A stretch of DNA of 64,000 nucleotides from Patescibacteria group bacterium (GCA_038063415.1 JBBTVD010000020.1:11629-75628), one strand, 5' to 3'; positions 50,846 to 59,928 are shown, counted from the first letter of the stretch. Numbers and translations: made by a program. The notes: a model not told the origin generated them from the sequence alone.

Positions 50846-50930
50846 ATTATATTTATTAACTTAATTCAATCTAATAATAAATGTAACTGTAAGTCAATAG
50901 GAAAAATAAATTTGTACATTGTGATAAGGA

Positions 50931-51066
50931 CGTTCGATTCCATTTATCCGTTAGAATATTTTAGCAATTTTTGAGGCTAAAAATGAAATAAAACCGTGGC
51001 AGGTTCTCGTGAAGGACATTAGAATTTTTACGCACAAAATCCTGATTTTTAGATTTCCAGCTTTTA
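50931..51066 (+). repeat. Composite att-like site (degenerate A, core TGGCAGG, B)
   Basis: GAGGCTAAA...TGGCAGG-N15-TTAGAATTTTTACGCACAAAATCCTGATTTTTAGATTTCCAGCTTTT. Confidence 0.75.
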
Positions 51067-51108
51067 GATTAAAATTTGTTACTATCAGCCATGATATAAT
51101 TGAAATAT

Positions 51109-52461
51109 ATGAGTGAGATACCTCGTCCTACAGACGTAACCCCTACAGACTATCAGAGGGAGATAGTATCATTATTAGGATCAGATGGTTCTGAACAGAA
51201 TAAATATGAGCTAACTCTTGTGAACAGGCCAGATTGGCTTCCTCCTGAGAGTGGGGTATATTTTTTTCAGGATTCAGGAAAATGTAGCCAAATTCATACT
51301 ATACAGAGCGAGGATAATATAGAATATCAGGTTTCTTCTAATGCTGATCCGACCTTTCCTGGTTTCCAGGTTGGTGTGCCATGGTCAATTGGCAGAAGAT
51401 TAGCACCCAACGATCGTATATTTCTCAATAGCTCTTCATTCGTTGTCGTGCATACACCTGACGTTGAACCTATTCTCTATGATATTTCTCCTGAAGAAGT
51501 AGCTGTACCACCTCAAAGGAGTGAAAGAACATTCTCTTCTAAAGATATGATGTCTGGAATCCTTTCCAGAGAGATTTTTACTCAGACTTCACTGCCTGGT
51601 GTTGTGCGAGATCCACTAGTTGTAGCTGCAATGATTGCTGAGGAAAAAGAACGATCCAAGAGGGAGAGTAGGGGCGCGAGACCAGAAGCTCAATTTACTG
51701 CCATAGAGCCAGCGGTGGTCACTGAAGTAGATCTCAATGCTCCAAGGACAAAAATACTTAGTATCACCAAAGACTTCGATGGAAGTGCTATGGGGTTCCA
51801 TATATATATAATCACTGTTGCTGGTGAGAATAAAAGAGAGCTTAGAGTCCCTAATACTGGTGTATTTATACACATTGATGAGGATACGTCTCTTGTACGC
51901 AGACTTCAAACTTCATCATTATCACCACACATCTCAACCGAAGATGCTCCTACAGAATATATTGTTATGTTAGGTAAAGAACTCTCTGATGGTGAAGATT
52001 GGATGCGTGAGTGGCAGTTAAAGAATGAGCTTGCTTCTTCTGCAAGTGAACAATCTGGTACCTCATCAGCGCTTTTAGTTCAAAAGAGTGTAACACCAAA
52101 TGATCCGGCTCATCCTCAAGAAGCAAGAGTTGTTCCAGCGCAACTATCCTTTGGAAGCATTAGCTTTACTGGTCAATTTCTTGCAAGACATATAGGTGGC
52201 TCATATAGACAAATGATTTTAGAGGCACTTTTTGAAGCTAGCATGCCAGGGTATGAATCGACCCTATATAAGGCAAAGGACATACTGGAAGAGGTTATAA
52301 GAAACGCTTTACAAGGTGAAGCTGAAAGAATTTTTTCTGATGAGCAGAGTCCGCAGCCGGTAGCTAGAGGGTTTACATCAGTAATTGCAGAAGTAAAGAA
52401 AATTGTTGAAGGAAATAGAAGGCAAAAAGCTTGGGATGATCAGGTTGGAATGTATAGATAG
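51109..52461 (+). CDS. hypothetical protein (~450 aa)
   Basis: Long ORF; ATG 8 nt after TATAAT. Confidence 0.7.
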   Translation: MSEIPRPTDVTPTDYQREIVSLLGSDGSEQNKYELTLVNRPDWLPPESGVYFFQDSGKCSQIHTIQSEDNIEYQVSSNADPTFPGFQVGVPWSIGRRLAPNDRIFLNSSSFVVVHTPDVEPILYDISPEEVAVPPQRSERTFSSKDMMSGILSREIFTQTSLPGVVRDPLVVAAMIAEEKERSKRESRGARPEAQFTAIEPAVVTEVDLNAPRTKILSITKDFDGSAMGFHIYIITVAGENKRELRVPNTGVFIHIDEDTSLVRRLQTSSLSPHISTEDAPTEYIVMLGKELSDGEDWMREWQLKNELASSASEQSGTSSALLVQKSVTPNDPAHPQEARVVPAQLSFGSISFTGQFLARHIGGSYRQMILEALFEASMPGYESTLYKAKDILEEVIRNALQGEAERIFSDEQSPQPVARGFTSVIAEVKKIVEGNRRQKAWDDQVGMYR

Positions 52462-52493
52462 ATACGTTTTCTTCCATTGTTTTTCGATGTTAG

Positions 52494-52552
52494 AAAGGGG
52501 TTCGAGTCCGTCCGCCGTGAGGCTAGAGTGCGAGGCTAAATTTATCAGCAGG
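52494..52552 (+). repeat. att-like left arm (motif A) abutting the tRNA-Trp 3' end
   Basis: AAAGGGGTTCGAGTCCGTCCGCCGTGAGGCTAGAGTGCGAGGCTAAATTTATCAGCAGG. Confidence 0.85.
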
Positions 52553-52620
52553 GGCGCACAGATTCGAACTGTGAAAAGCAGTTTTGGAGACTGCTGTGAT
52601 AGCCATTTCACCACACCCCT
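52549..52620 (-). tRNA. tRNA-Trp (CCA)
   Basis: AGGGGTG acceptor, anticodon arm GCAGT-CTCCAAA-ACTGC, T-loop TTCGAAT. Confidence 0.95.
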
Positions 52621-52645
52621 ATACAACGTTAGATTATACTAAAAA

Positions 52646-52680
52646 AGCGTATGGATCGCTAGTTTAACCATACGCTATTT
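52646..52680 (-). terminator. Intrinsic terminator after rpmG
   Basis: AGCGTATGG...CCATACGCT hairpin followed by a U-tract on the minus strand. Confidence 0.65.
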
Positions 52681-52703
52681 GCTATACCCCAACCTTTGCA
52701 TTA

Positions 52704-52880
52704 TTACTTTAACTTATCTACTTGCTTATGCTCAGTTACTTTGCGGCAGTGGCTACAAAACTTGTTGAGCTTCAATTTCTCAGGATTTTCCATTTTGTTT
52801 TTCTCGGTAACATAGTTTCTGTTTTTACAAACAGAACAAGTAAGTCCAATTTTGATTCGGTGTTCGCCTTTTTTTGCCAT
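52704..52880 (-). CDS. rpmG: 50S ribosomal protein L33 (zinc-binding form; not in ORF track)
   Basis: Manual translation MAKKGEHRIKIGLTCSVCKNRNYVTEKNKMENPEKLKLNKFCSHCRKVTEHKQVDKLK. Confidence 0.96.
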   Translation of the reverse strand: MAKKGEHRIKIGLTCSVCKNRNYVTEKNKMENPEKLKLNKFCSHCRKVTEHKQVDKLK

Positions 52881-52930
52881 ATGGACAATTATACACTATT
52901 TGAGGCAGGATTGAAAGAGTTCTTTACGTG

Positions 52931-53002
52931 AGCCTCGAGTGAGAATCGGACTCACGACCTCCATCTTACCAAGATGGCGTTCTGCCACTGAACTATCGAG
53001 GC
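52931..53002 (-). tRNA. tRNA-Thr (GGT)
   Basis: GCCTCGA acceptor; CCATC-TTGGTAA-GATGG. Confidence 0.93.
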
Positions 53003-53007
53003 GCTAG

Positions 53008-53092
53008 TGCCGGGTGAGAGATTTGCACTCCCGTAGGCCATACGGCCGTCTCGTCTACAGCGAGGTGCGATTGACTACTCCGCCAACCCGGC
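53008..53092 (-). tRNA. tRNA-Tyr (GTA)
   Basis: GCCGGGT acceptor; CTCG-CTGTAGA-CGAG; long variable arm GGCC-GTAT-GGCC. Confidence 0.9.
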
Positions 53093-53109
53093 TTAAATAT
53101 AAAACAAAA

Positions 53110-53184
53110 TGGAGCCGTCTGTCGGATTCGGACCGACGACCTGCTGTTTACAAAACAGCTGCTCTACCGCTGAGCTAAGACGGC
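53110..53184 (-). tRNA. tRNA-Thr (TGT), CCA encoded
   Basis: GCCGTCT acceptor; GCTGT-TTTGTAA-ACAGC. Confidence 0.95.
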
Positions 53185-53278
53185 GAGTGCGATCAGACAA
53201 CTCGTAGGGATAATTTTATCAAACGCAAGAGGCTACGGCAAGCCGTAAAATAGAACAACAAGAAAAAGAGATAATTTT

Positions 53279-53451
53279 TGCTCTTTAATACGGGATTGAT
53301 TGCTTTTTTCCCTAAGCTAAATAATTAGGAAAATGCTTTCTGTTACCTCGGTAACAGAGAAAAAACATTTCGTCCCCTGATTGCTCAGGGTACCTCGGGA
53401 ATGGTGTATGTAGAGAAAAAACACACAACCAATTCCCAATATCAAAGAGCA
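53279..53451 (-). ncRNA. Candidate structured non-coding RNA (~175 nt)
   Basis: Long closing stem UGCUCUUUGAUAUUGGGAAUUGGUUG/CAAUCAAUCCCGUAUUAAAGAGCA; internal hairpins; own TTGACT-17-TATACT promoter. Confidence 0.55.
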
Positions 53452-53512
53452 CGAATAGTATATGTTTGGAGTGAAAAAAAGTCAATAGAGGAATATTCGA
53501 GGCTAACTTGCC

Positions 53513-54814
53513 TTACATAATGCAGGTGAAGTCTTTGTGTTTTTCGTCAGCTTTGAAAAGCCCTCCCCATTCGGTAACGGTGAAGCCTTTTCTCTCAAAT
53601 CCTGTGAGTTTTGGTTCAGACACAGTAATTTTTTCATCAAGTGTCTTAAAGTAGAGCGTCACTCTTCCGATAGTTTCTGGTTTTGGATTGATTGCCAATG
53701 GTGCCCAGGCATCTACTTTTGCTTGAGGTATGACTCCGACGAAATAGTAAGGAGAAGCGGGAAGGGTTTCTTGCCAGTAGACAGTAAAGGCAAAGGTCTC
53801 TTTATCATTAAGCCCCAATTTTGGAAGAATATTTTCAAGTAGGTTATCAAGTTCTGCACGGGTTACCACATACCCTTCTTTTGGTTCAGTAATTAGATTA
53901 TCTGGGATACTTGATTCCCAATACAGATACGGGTAAGAAGCATTTTGATACTCAATGTTCCCATCAGGATTTGCTGTCACATCCCAACCTCCCTGTGGAT
54001 ATCGTGGGATGGTAATGGTAAAAGGTTGTTCTGGTTTAACCTGGACATTTACCTTCGTCTGTTCTTCAGGATAGAGGTAGATGGCCGGCTTACACCAAGC
54101 CCCAAGCCAGGTATATGGTTGTTTGTCCTCTTCCACAAGGAAAGTCTCAAGTTGGAGATTGTCTTGACCCTGAGGATCTTGGACATTAATGACTTGTTGT
54201 CCTCGTTCGGTAAGCGAGGTCTCAGGCTTTGGACAGAAGGTAGAAATTTCTGCTGGAACGGTTCCATCATCGACACGATAATAAACATCAAAGGGTACGC
54301 CCTCAGTCACCACATTTTGAGAACACTTTTCCTGAGTGTCACGACAAATATAGATCAAAGAATCATCTTCTACCCCAAAGCATCGGTTGCCAGTTGCTGG
54401 ATCATTAATCTCGACAAGATCTTTCCCATGCTCACAACCCGGGATATCATAATCTGCTTGCGTATCTGAGAGATTAATAAAAATCCTTTCTCCTGCTGGT
54501 GTATATTGATTAGTTGGTCCAATATGAAATGCCTCTCCTTGGGCAATGTTTGACTTAAGGAGCGCATATGTTTTGCCGTTATAGACAATCGACTTATCAA
54601 GAATTGGCTCACAAGCCTCAGCATCACCGGTATCACAACAACTGTAGAGCGAAGGATTTGGGGGAGGGTTCTTCATTTTTTGCACATTTGGTAGAGCTCC
54701 ACCTGCCATTACTCCTGCAAACGCTGTAGCTATAGCGAGAATCGCGACAGCATAGAGAGCTCCACTCTGTGCTTCTCCTTTTTGTTTTTTCTTACGTCGT
54801 ATACGGATTTTCAT
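53513..54814 (-). CDS. Membrane-anchored protein with C-terminal KPxIYLYP-family domain
   Basis: Basic N-terminus plus TM; KPAIYLYPE, YPYLYWE, FTVTEWGG. Confidence 0.7.
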   Translation of the reverse strand: MKIRIRRKKKQKGEAQSGALYAVAILAIATAFAGVMAGGALPNVQKMKNPPPNPSLYSCCDTGDAEACEPILDKSIVYNGKTYALLKSNIAQGEAFHIGPTNQYTPAGERIFINLSDTQADYDIPGCEHGKDLVEINDPATGNRCFGVEDDSLIYICRDTQEKCSQNVVTEGVPFDVYYRVDDGTVPAEISTFCPKPETSLTERGQQVINVQDPQGQDNLQLETFLVEEDKQPYTWLGAWCKPAIYLYPEEQTKVNVQVKPEQPFTITIPRYPQGGWDVTANPDGNIEYQNASYPYLYWESSIPDNLITEPKEGYVVTRAELDNLLENILPKLGLNDKETFAFTVYWQETLPASPYYFVGVIPQAKVDAWAPLAINPKPETIGRVTLYFKTLDEKITVSEPKLTGFERKGFTVTEWGGLFKADEKHKDFTCIM

Positions 54815-54864
54815 GAAAAGTACCTATTCTATTGTTGTCTCAAATGAAAAACTTTGTCAAGAGG

Positions 54865-55515
54865 TTAAAATCCTAAAATAGAGAGGGCGAAGCCGATTAA
54901 TGTCGAAACCAGACCCATGAGAGAAAAACCTCCAATCGGGAAGAAAAGGAGTACCATCAGAATCACCATTCCGAACGTCCCCATCGATAAATAAATGGCA
55001 GCTTCACGTTTGGGAAGGAGTAGCGCAAAGATCTTTGAACCATCAAGTGGGGGGATTGGGACGAGGTTAAAAATTGCAAGGACGAGGTTCCATTCAACTG
55101 TTTTGGTAAGAATAAAGCCGATGATATCGTTACTTCCAACTAACATAAAAGGTACATCTGGATAAAAAAGATGAATGAAAATGCTTGCAATGACAGCAAG
55201 TGAGATATTGGTTAATGGTCCAACGAGCGAAACTAATGCAAGATCCTTTATCCCATCACGAAGATTAAAAGAATCAACAGGTACGGGTTTGGCTCCTCCA
55301 AAAATAAATCTCCCACCAGTTGAAAGATACAAAACAACAGGCAATAGGACACTCATATACCAGTCAATATGTTTGAGGGGATTGAGCGTCAGTCGTCCTT
55401 GGAGTTTGGCTGTTGGATCTCCAAGACGATACGCCACATAACCATGAGCAATTTCATGAAGAACAGACGAGTAAACAAGCACCCCAATACTGAGAATAGC
55501 ACCAAATATATCCAT
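54865..55515 (-). CDS. Site-2 protease (M50) family protein
   Basis: HEIAH, GPLTN, FNLVPIPPLDG. Confidence 0.93.
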   Translation of the reverse strand: MDIFGAILSIGVLVYSSVLHEIAHGYVAYRLGDPTAKLQGRLTLNPLKHIDWYMSVLLPVVLYLSTGGRFIFGGAKPVPVDSFNLRDGIKDLALVSLVGPLTNISLAVIASIFIHLFYPDVPFMLVGSNDIIGFILTKTVEWNLVLAIFNLVPIPPLDGSKIFALLLPKREAAIYLSMGTFGMVILMVLLFFPIGGFSLMGLVSTLIGFALSILGF

Positions 55516-55573
55516 GGAATGTAGCGTAGATAACCCTTGAGATTACACTGGTGATATGATATCATACTTTTCT

Positions 55574-55828
55574 ATGGGAATGAAATGCGCAAATTGTGGA
55601 AAAGGTGTAATGTATGGGCACAATGTGTCTCATTCAAAACGCCGCACCCGCAAAATTTTTAAACCAAATCTACATAGTACCCGTATTCTGGTTTCAGGTC
55701 GGTTTGTCCGGGTCAAACTTTGTACCAAATGTCTTCGTATGGTAAAAAAAGTAATGATGCCAAAAGAAGAAGTTATTACTGAAGAAGTCGATACAACTAC
55801 ATCCTCAATGCCTGTTGCTACTGCTTAA
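55574..55828 (+). CDS. rpmB: 50S ribosomal protein L28
   Basis: CANCGK...GHNVSHSKRRTRKIFKPNL...LCTKCLR. Confidence 0.95.
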   Translation: MGMKCANCGKGVMYGHNVSHSKRRTRKIFKPNLHSTRILVSGRFVRVKLCTKCLRMVKKVMMPKEEVITEEVDTTTSSMPVATA

Positions 55829-55843
55829 TAAAGCTATCTATTC

Positions 55844-56878
55844 TCAAAAAAGAGAACTTTCTTCCTCTTCCTGCTCTTTTTTGAATGCTTCATCAGCACA
55901 ATTGTTGCAAACGGGTTCTCCACAATGGCTACAATATTCAGGTTCTGTCGGATTAAGATCGGCCCCAGCCATCTCAAAGAGGGCATCATCAAGTGGTCGG
56001 AACGGCTTCATGCGTGCCTCTTTGTTTCTTTTGTCAAAGAGTTTGGTGATAAGCTCCTGTTGCTCAGGATAGCCATTTAAAAAGTCTTTGAACGTCATAA
56101 TCTTTTTTCCTTCTACCTGCAATTTCCCCCCAGGAAAGAATTTCACTATTTTTTCTTCATCAGTAAGCAAGAGCTTTGTCCAGACAATTGGCCAGGGGTA
56201 ATACGCCCTGATCATTCGATCAAGTTGTTTTGGAGATGGGGGGTTTATCACATCAATAAAACTGTCTTTTTTGGTGAATTGTTTTGTGTAGGTCGCTTGT
56301 GATGCATCTTGTACTGTTGGTTTGGCGGTACCTTTTATATAATCCTGTATGATTGGGATGATGATCTCTCCACCGATTTGATTGAGTACTCTAAGAAGAG
56401 AATCGGTTGTTTCATCAGGTTTTACTGCATATTCCTGTTGCGTCAAAATTGCTCCAGCATCGACTTTTTTGGCCATGGTAATAACACTTACTCCGGTCTT
56501 TTTCTCTCCTGCAAGTATCGCTGATGGGGCAGGGGAAGCACCTCTATACTTGGGAAGTAAAGAATGGTGAATATTAAGACTCGCATATTTGGGGAGCTCA
56601 AGGAGTTTTTCGGGTAAAATGAGGCCATAATCTTCGACAATAAGAAAATCTGGTTGAAGTATCGCGAGGTTTTGAATGGTCGCATCATCCAGCTTATTGA
56701 TCATAAAGAGCGTCAGACCTTGTTCTTCGGCAAATGAACGGAGAGGATTTGGTGTACTGTTGCCTCGTTTGTCAGGTCGGTCGGGAAGGGTGACAACGGC
56801 CGAGAGTCCAATCTTGTCATGAAGAATTCGTGCACCGATAAGGGAATATTTACTGCTACCAAAAAAAATAATATTCAT
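55844..56878 (-). CDS. fmt: Methionyl-tRNA formyltransferase with Cys-rich C-terminal extension
   Basis: IIFFGS, YGLILP, NIHHSLLPKYRGASP, DAGAIL; follows def. Confidence 0.93.
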   Translation of the reverse strand: MNIIFFGSSKYSLIGARILHDKIGLSAVVTLPDRPDKRGNSTPNPLRSFAEEQGLTLFMINKLDDATIQNLAILQPDFLIVEDYGLILPEKLLELPKYASLNIHHSLLPKYRGASPAPSAILAGEKKTGVSVITMAKKVDAGAILTQQEYAVKPDETTDSLLRVLNQIGGEIIIPIIQDYIKGTAKPTVQDASQATYTKQFTKKDSFIDVINPPSPKQLDRMIRAYYPWPIVWTKLLLTDEEKIVKFFPGGKLQVEGKKIMTFKDFLNGYPEQQELITKLFDKRNKEARMKPFRPLDDALFEMAGADLNPTEPEYCSHCGEPVCNNCADEAFKKEQEEEESSLF

Positions 56879-56889
56879 AGTTGATTAAA

Positions 56890-56958
56890 CGTCATTGCGA
56901 AGAGCGAAGCGACGAAGCAATCTCTTATGAGGATCGCCACGCTTCGTCCGCGATGACG
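56890..56958. repeat. Palindromic repeat element (same family as 32399-32472) between def and fmt
   Basis: CGTCATTGCG...GAAGCAATCTC...GATCGCCACG...CGCGATGACG. Confidence 0.8.
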
Positions 56959-56959
56959 G

Positions 56960-57523
56960 TTACAAAGTGATCTCTTCAAATGCTGTTTCTCCCTCTGCAT
57001 TTTTTCGTGAACGATAGAGATGATTATGTTGCTCAAAAACTCTTTTGGGAAAGAGAATTCCTTCAAGGTGGTCGCATTCGTGTTGAATGATGGTTGCCAA
57101 AAAGCCATCAAATGTTTTTTTATGCTGTTCACCTGTCTCATCCTGATAAGAGAGGATAACCCCATGGGCTCTTTTGACTACTCCCCAAATGTCCTGAATA
57201 GAAAGGCATCCCTCAAGCTGTACTCCTTTTTTATTTTTCGTTTTTGTTTTCCCTCCATGTACCTCATGTGGCGCTTGCATCCTCGATTCAATTTTGGGAT
57301 TAATAAAGGTAAGCAAGGGAGATTTAGGACTCTGTTTTACGATAAAAATTTGCACTGCTTTGCCGACCTGTGGGGCTGCAAGTCCAACGCCCTCAGGATC
57401 TTGTGCACTAAGAAGTGTTTCCTCCATCTCACGTAGCAGATCTCGAATGCGCTTATCAATGCTCGTTACGGGTTTTGCTTTTTGTGACAAGACTTTATTT
57501 GGTGATTGAACTATCGATAACAT
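56960..57523 (-). CDS. def: Peptide deformylase
   Basis: GVGLAAPQVG, EGCLS, QHECDHLEG. Confidence 0.97.
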   Translation of the reverse strand: MLSIVQSPNKVLSQKAKPVTSIDKRIRDLLREMEETLLSAQDPEGVGLAAPQVGKAVQIFIVKQSPKSPLLTFINPKIESRMQAPHEVHGGKTKTKNKKGVQLEGCLSIQDIWGVVKRAHGVILSYQDETGEQHKKTFDGFLATIIQHECDHLEGILFPKRVFEQHNHLYRSRKNAEGETAFEEITL

Positions 57524-57537
57524 ACTGGGTATTATAC

Positions 57538-59805
57538 TTATTTATCTTCCCATGTGGCAAGTGACTCTTTCACTTCAGCATCGTTGGGGTTAATCTCCTC
57601 AAGGATATACTGATAGGTCTCAATTGCTTTTTGGTTAAGTTCGGGGTTTGTGACATTCTCACTGTCGTCAACGGCTAGCTCTCGGTAGAAAAGTCCAAGT
57701 GCATAATAAGCATCCCGATAGTCAGGTTTCACTGTAACTGTTTTTTGCAGCAGTTCGAGCGCCTTCTCCTGATTTCCTGTTTGTCCGAGCAGCACCGCAT
57801 AGTTATACATTATTTTTGCATCATTGGGTGCAAGCTCGTATGCCTTTTCGATTGCTTGCAGTGCATTTGTCAGATATACTTGTTGGTTTTGTGGATCTCC
57901 TTGAGCGAGTGTGTAAAAGAGACGTACTCTGTTTTTCCAGTAGACGACGTTATTAGGATGCTTCATGACGACTTGATCGCTGAGTCGGATAGCTTCCTTA
58001 CTGAGTGCTTGGGCAGTGGTAGCATCTTTTTGCATATACAGCGCAGTTGCCAATGTTGCGAGAGCGATAGACAGTTCATCGCTATACACTGGTTCATTTG
58101 TTTCTGTTTGCGTAGCTTGGGTCAAGAGAGAGTAGGCTTCTTGCGGGCTACCTGCTTTATTGAGGTTTGCCCCAAGAGCATAAGAAATATCAGCAAACCA
58201 ATAACGAGTTAATCCGATAATCATTGATCCCACAAAGATCATAAGGATAACAATTGCTGTCCATTGGTAGGCGTTTAAATCACTGCCACGTTTTGTTGTT
58301 TCTTCGCCAAAAACATACTGTAATTTATTTTCTGCAACAATTTTGCCAGCAAGAATAAGCATCCAAGCAGGAAAAAGAAAGAAGAAGAGATTAATAATCA
58401 CAACCGAAAAGCCAAAGAAGTTAGAAACCAAAATCGCAACAAATCCTGCTACAAGACCAAGAATGAGTAGATTAGCTGTAAGCAGTGAAGTGTCTTTGCT
58501 ATCTTCATAAAGCAATTTCTTGGTACGGATTCGTTTAATGAACCAAAGCACTGTCTGAAAAAGGAAGAAAACAATAATGGAGAGATAGGTGAGGAGTCCA
58601 AAAACCCCTGTAGTTGTCAAATAGTTAAGGTATTCGTTGTGTGCTTTGTTATAGAGGAAATCCCATTCAGACGTAAGGTTATGCTCTGCCGGTTTGTGTT
58701 TGTAATAGGCAAAAGCAAAGGTTTCGACCCCCGTTCCAAAGAGCGGACTACTTTTCCAAGCGTCAATAGCTCCTTGCCAGACGAGTAAACGAATCTTTCC
58801 TGAGTCGGTAATATTGACGCCACTGATACTATCAAGAGGTGCTTGCTGTTCTATCTCGACTTTTTGTTCAGAAGTTGTTGTCTGTGCAACTGGCATTTGT
58901 TGTTTCGTTAGTTCGTTCAGGGTAAAGCTATTCCAACTGCCAACTGGCATACCAAAGAAGAAACTTGAACTTGCGAGAAGTAAATGAAACGCTAGCCCGT
59001 AAACAAGAACTTTCTTCCAGGGGGAAAATTTGGCAAAAAGAAAGCCACCCCAAAAGACAACGTCAGCAGCAAAGAAAGAGAGAAATCCTGCTCGAGTGTT
59101 GGCAAAAACAATACTTATATAAAAAAGGACGGTGAATCCAGCAAGAAGGGCAAATTTCCATTTGACCCCATTGATAAAGCTAAGTGTATAAGCAAGCGCT
59201 ACTGGAAGCAGTGCAGCCAGATATGCAGCAAGCCAAGCTGGCTGTCCAAGCGTTGAGAAGGTTCGTATGGTTGGTTTAAATGCTTCTGTCCAGCAGGAGG
59301 TATCAAACGTCCCTCGGAAGACAAAACAGGTTGGATCGGCTCCAAAGTGAGAAGGAATTCCCCAGAGAATAACACCAAATGCAGAAATCATCGTAAGCGC
59401 TATTGCGCGAATCGTTTGGCTTTTGTTAAGGTTAGTGACAAAGGCATAGTACAGAAAAATGTAACAGATACTAGACAGAAGTCCGCCATTAAAACGGGAG
59501 TAGTATCCCCACCAAGAGACATGTTGATCCATCGAAAAAATAGTTGCCGTGATCTGCGAAAGGAGAAATAGCAGCAGGGGAATATCAAAAAAGGTTCGTT
59601 GTATGACAATCTTTTTCTCCGCGATCATTTTGATACCCCAGGCTGCGAGGATAATTGCACTCATGCCAAACGTTAGCCACATCTTGTTAAATTCGAAGAG
59701 TTCTGAGGTGCTACCGTTGAAGGTGAGTGGGACGAGGAGGAGAAGTGTATAAAAGGAGAATGCAATTATTTTATTACAAAAAGGAATAAGCTTCATTTTT
59801 TTCAT
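57538..59805 (-). CDS. O-antigen ligase (Wzy_C) family protein with C-terminal TPRs
   Basis: STLGQP..LAAY, TRAG, RLLVW..A...PLFGTG, AHNEYL; start moved to MKKMKL. Confidence 0.85.
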   Translation of the reverse strand: MKKMKLIPFCNKIIAFSFYTLLLLVPLTFNGSTSELFEFNKMWLTFGMSAIILAAWGIKMIAEKKIVIQRTFFDIPLLLFLLSQITATIFSMDQHVSWWGYYSRFNGGLLSSICYIFLYYAFVTNLNKSQTIRAIALTMISAFGVILWGIPSHFGADPTCFVFRGTFDTSCWTEAFKPTIRTFSTLGQPAWLAAYLAALLPVALAYTLSFINGVKWKFALLAGFTVLFYISIVFANTRAGFLSFFAADVVFWGGFLFAKFSPWKKVLVYGLAFHLLLASSSFFFGMPVGSWNSFTLNELTKQQMPVAQTTTSEQKVEIEQQAPLDSISGVNITDSGKIRLLVWQGAIDAWKSSPLFGTGVETFAFAYYKHKPAEHNLTSEWDFLYNKAHNEYLNYLTTTGVFGLLTYLSIIVFFLFQTVLWFIKRIRTKKLLYEDSKDTSLLTANLLILGLVAGFVAILVSNFFGFSVVIINLFFFLFPAWMLILAGKIVAENKLQYVFGEETTKRGSDLNAYQWTAIVILMIFVGSMIIGLTRYWFADISYALGANLNKAGSPQEAYSLLTQATQTETNEPVYSDELSIALATLATALYMQKDATTAQALSKEAIRLSDQVVMKHPNNVVYWKNRVRLFYTLAQGDPQNQQVYLTNALQAIEKAYELAPNDAKIMYNYAVLLGQTGNQEKALELLQKTVTVKPDYRDAYYALGLFYRELAVDDSENVTNPELNQKAIETYQYILEEINPNDAEVKESLATWEDK

Positions 59806-59928
59806 CCTATCATATTGGCAAACGGTGGGCAAGCTGGTAGAATGAACAGGCTTGGTACGAGGAGGGATCACTGCTTTTTCGTTCGCGAATAAAATTTTTT
59901 CCGGGCGTAACTCACTTCGCTCCACTCT

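Noticed and set aside
40250-52552. Motifs A/B as CRISPR repeats or integron attC sites
   Set aside because: Spacing is kilobases and irregular, there are no cas or intI genes, and the attC RYYYAAC...GTTRRRY hairpin structure is absent.
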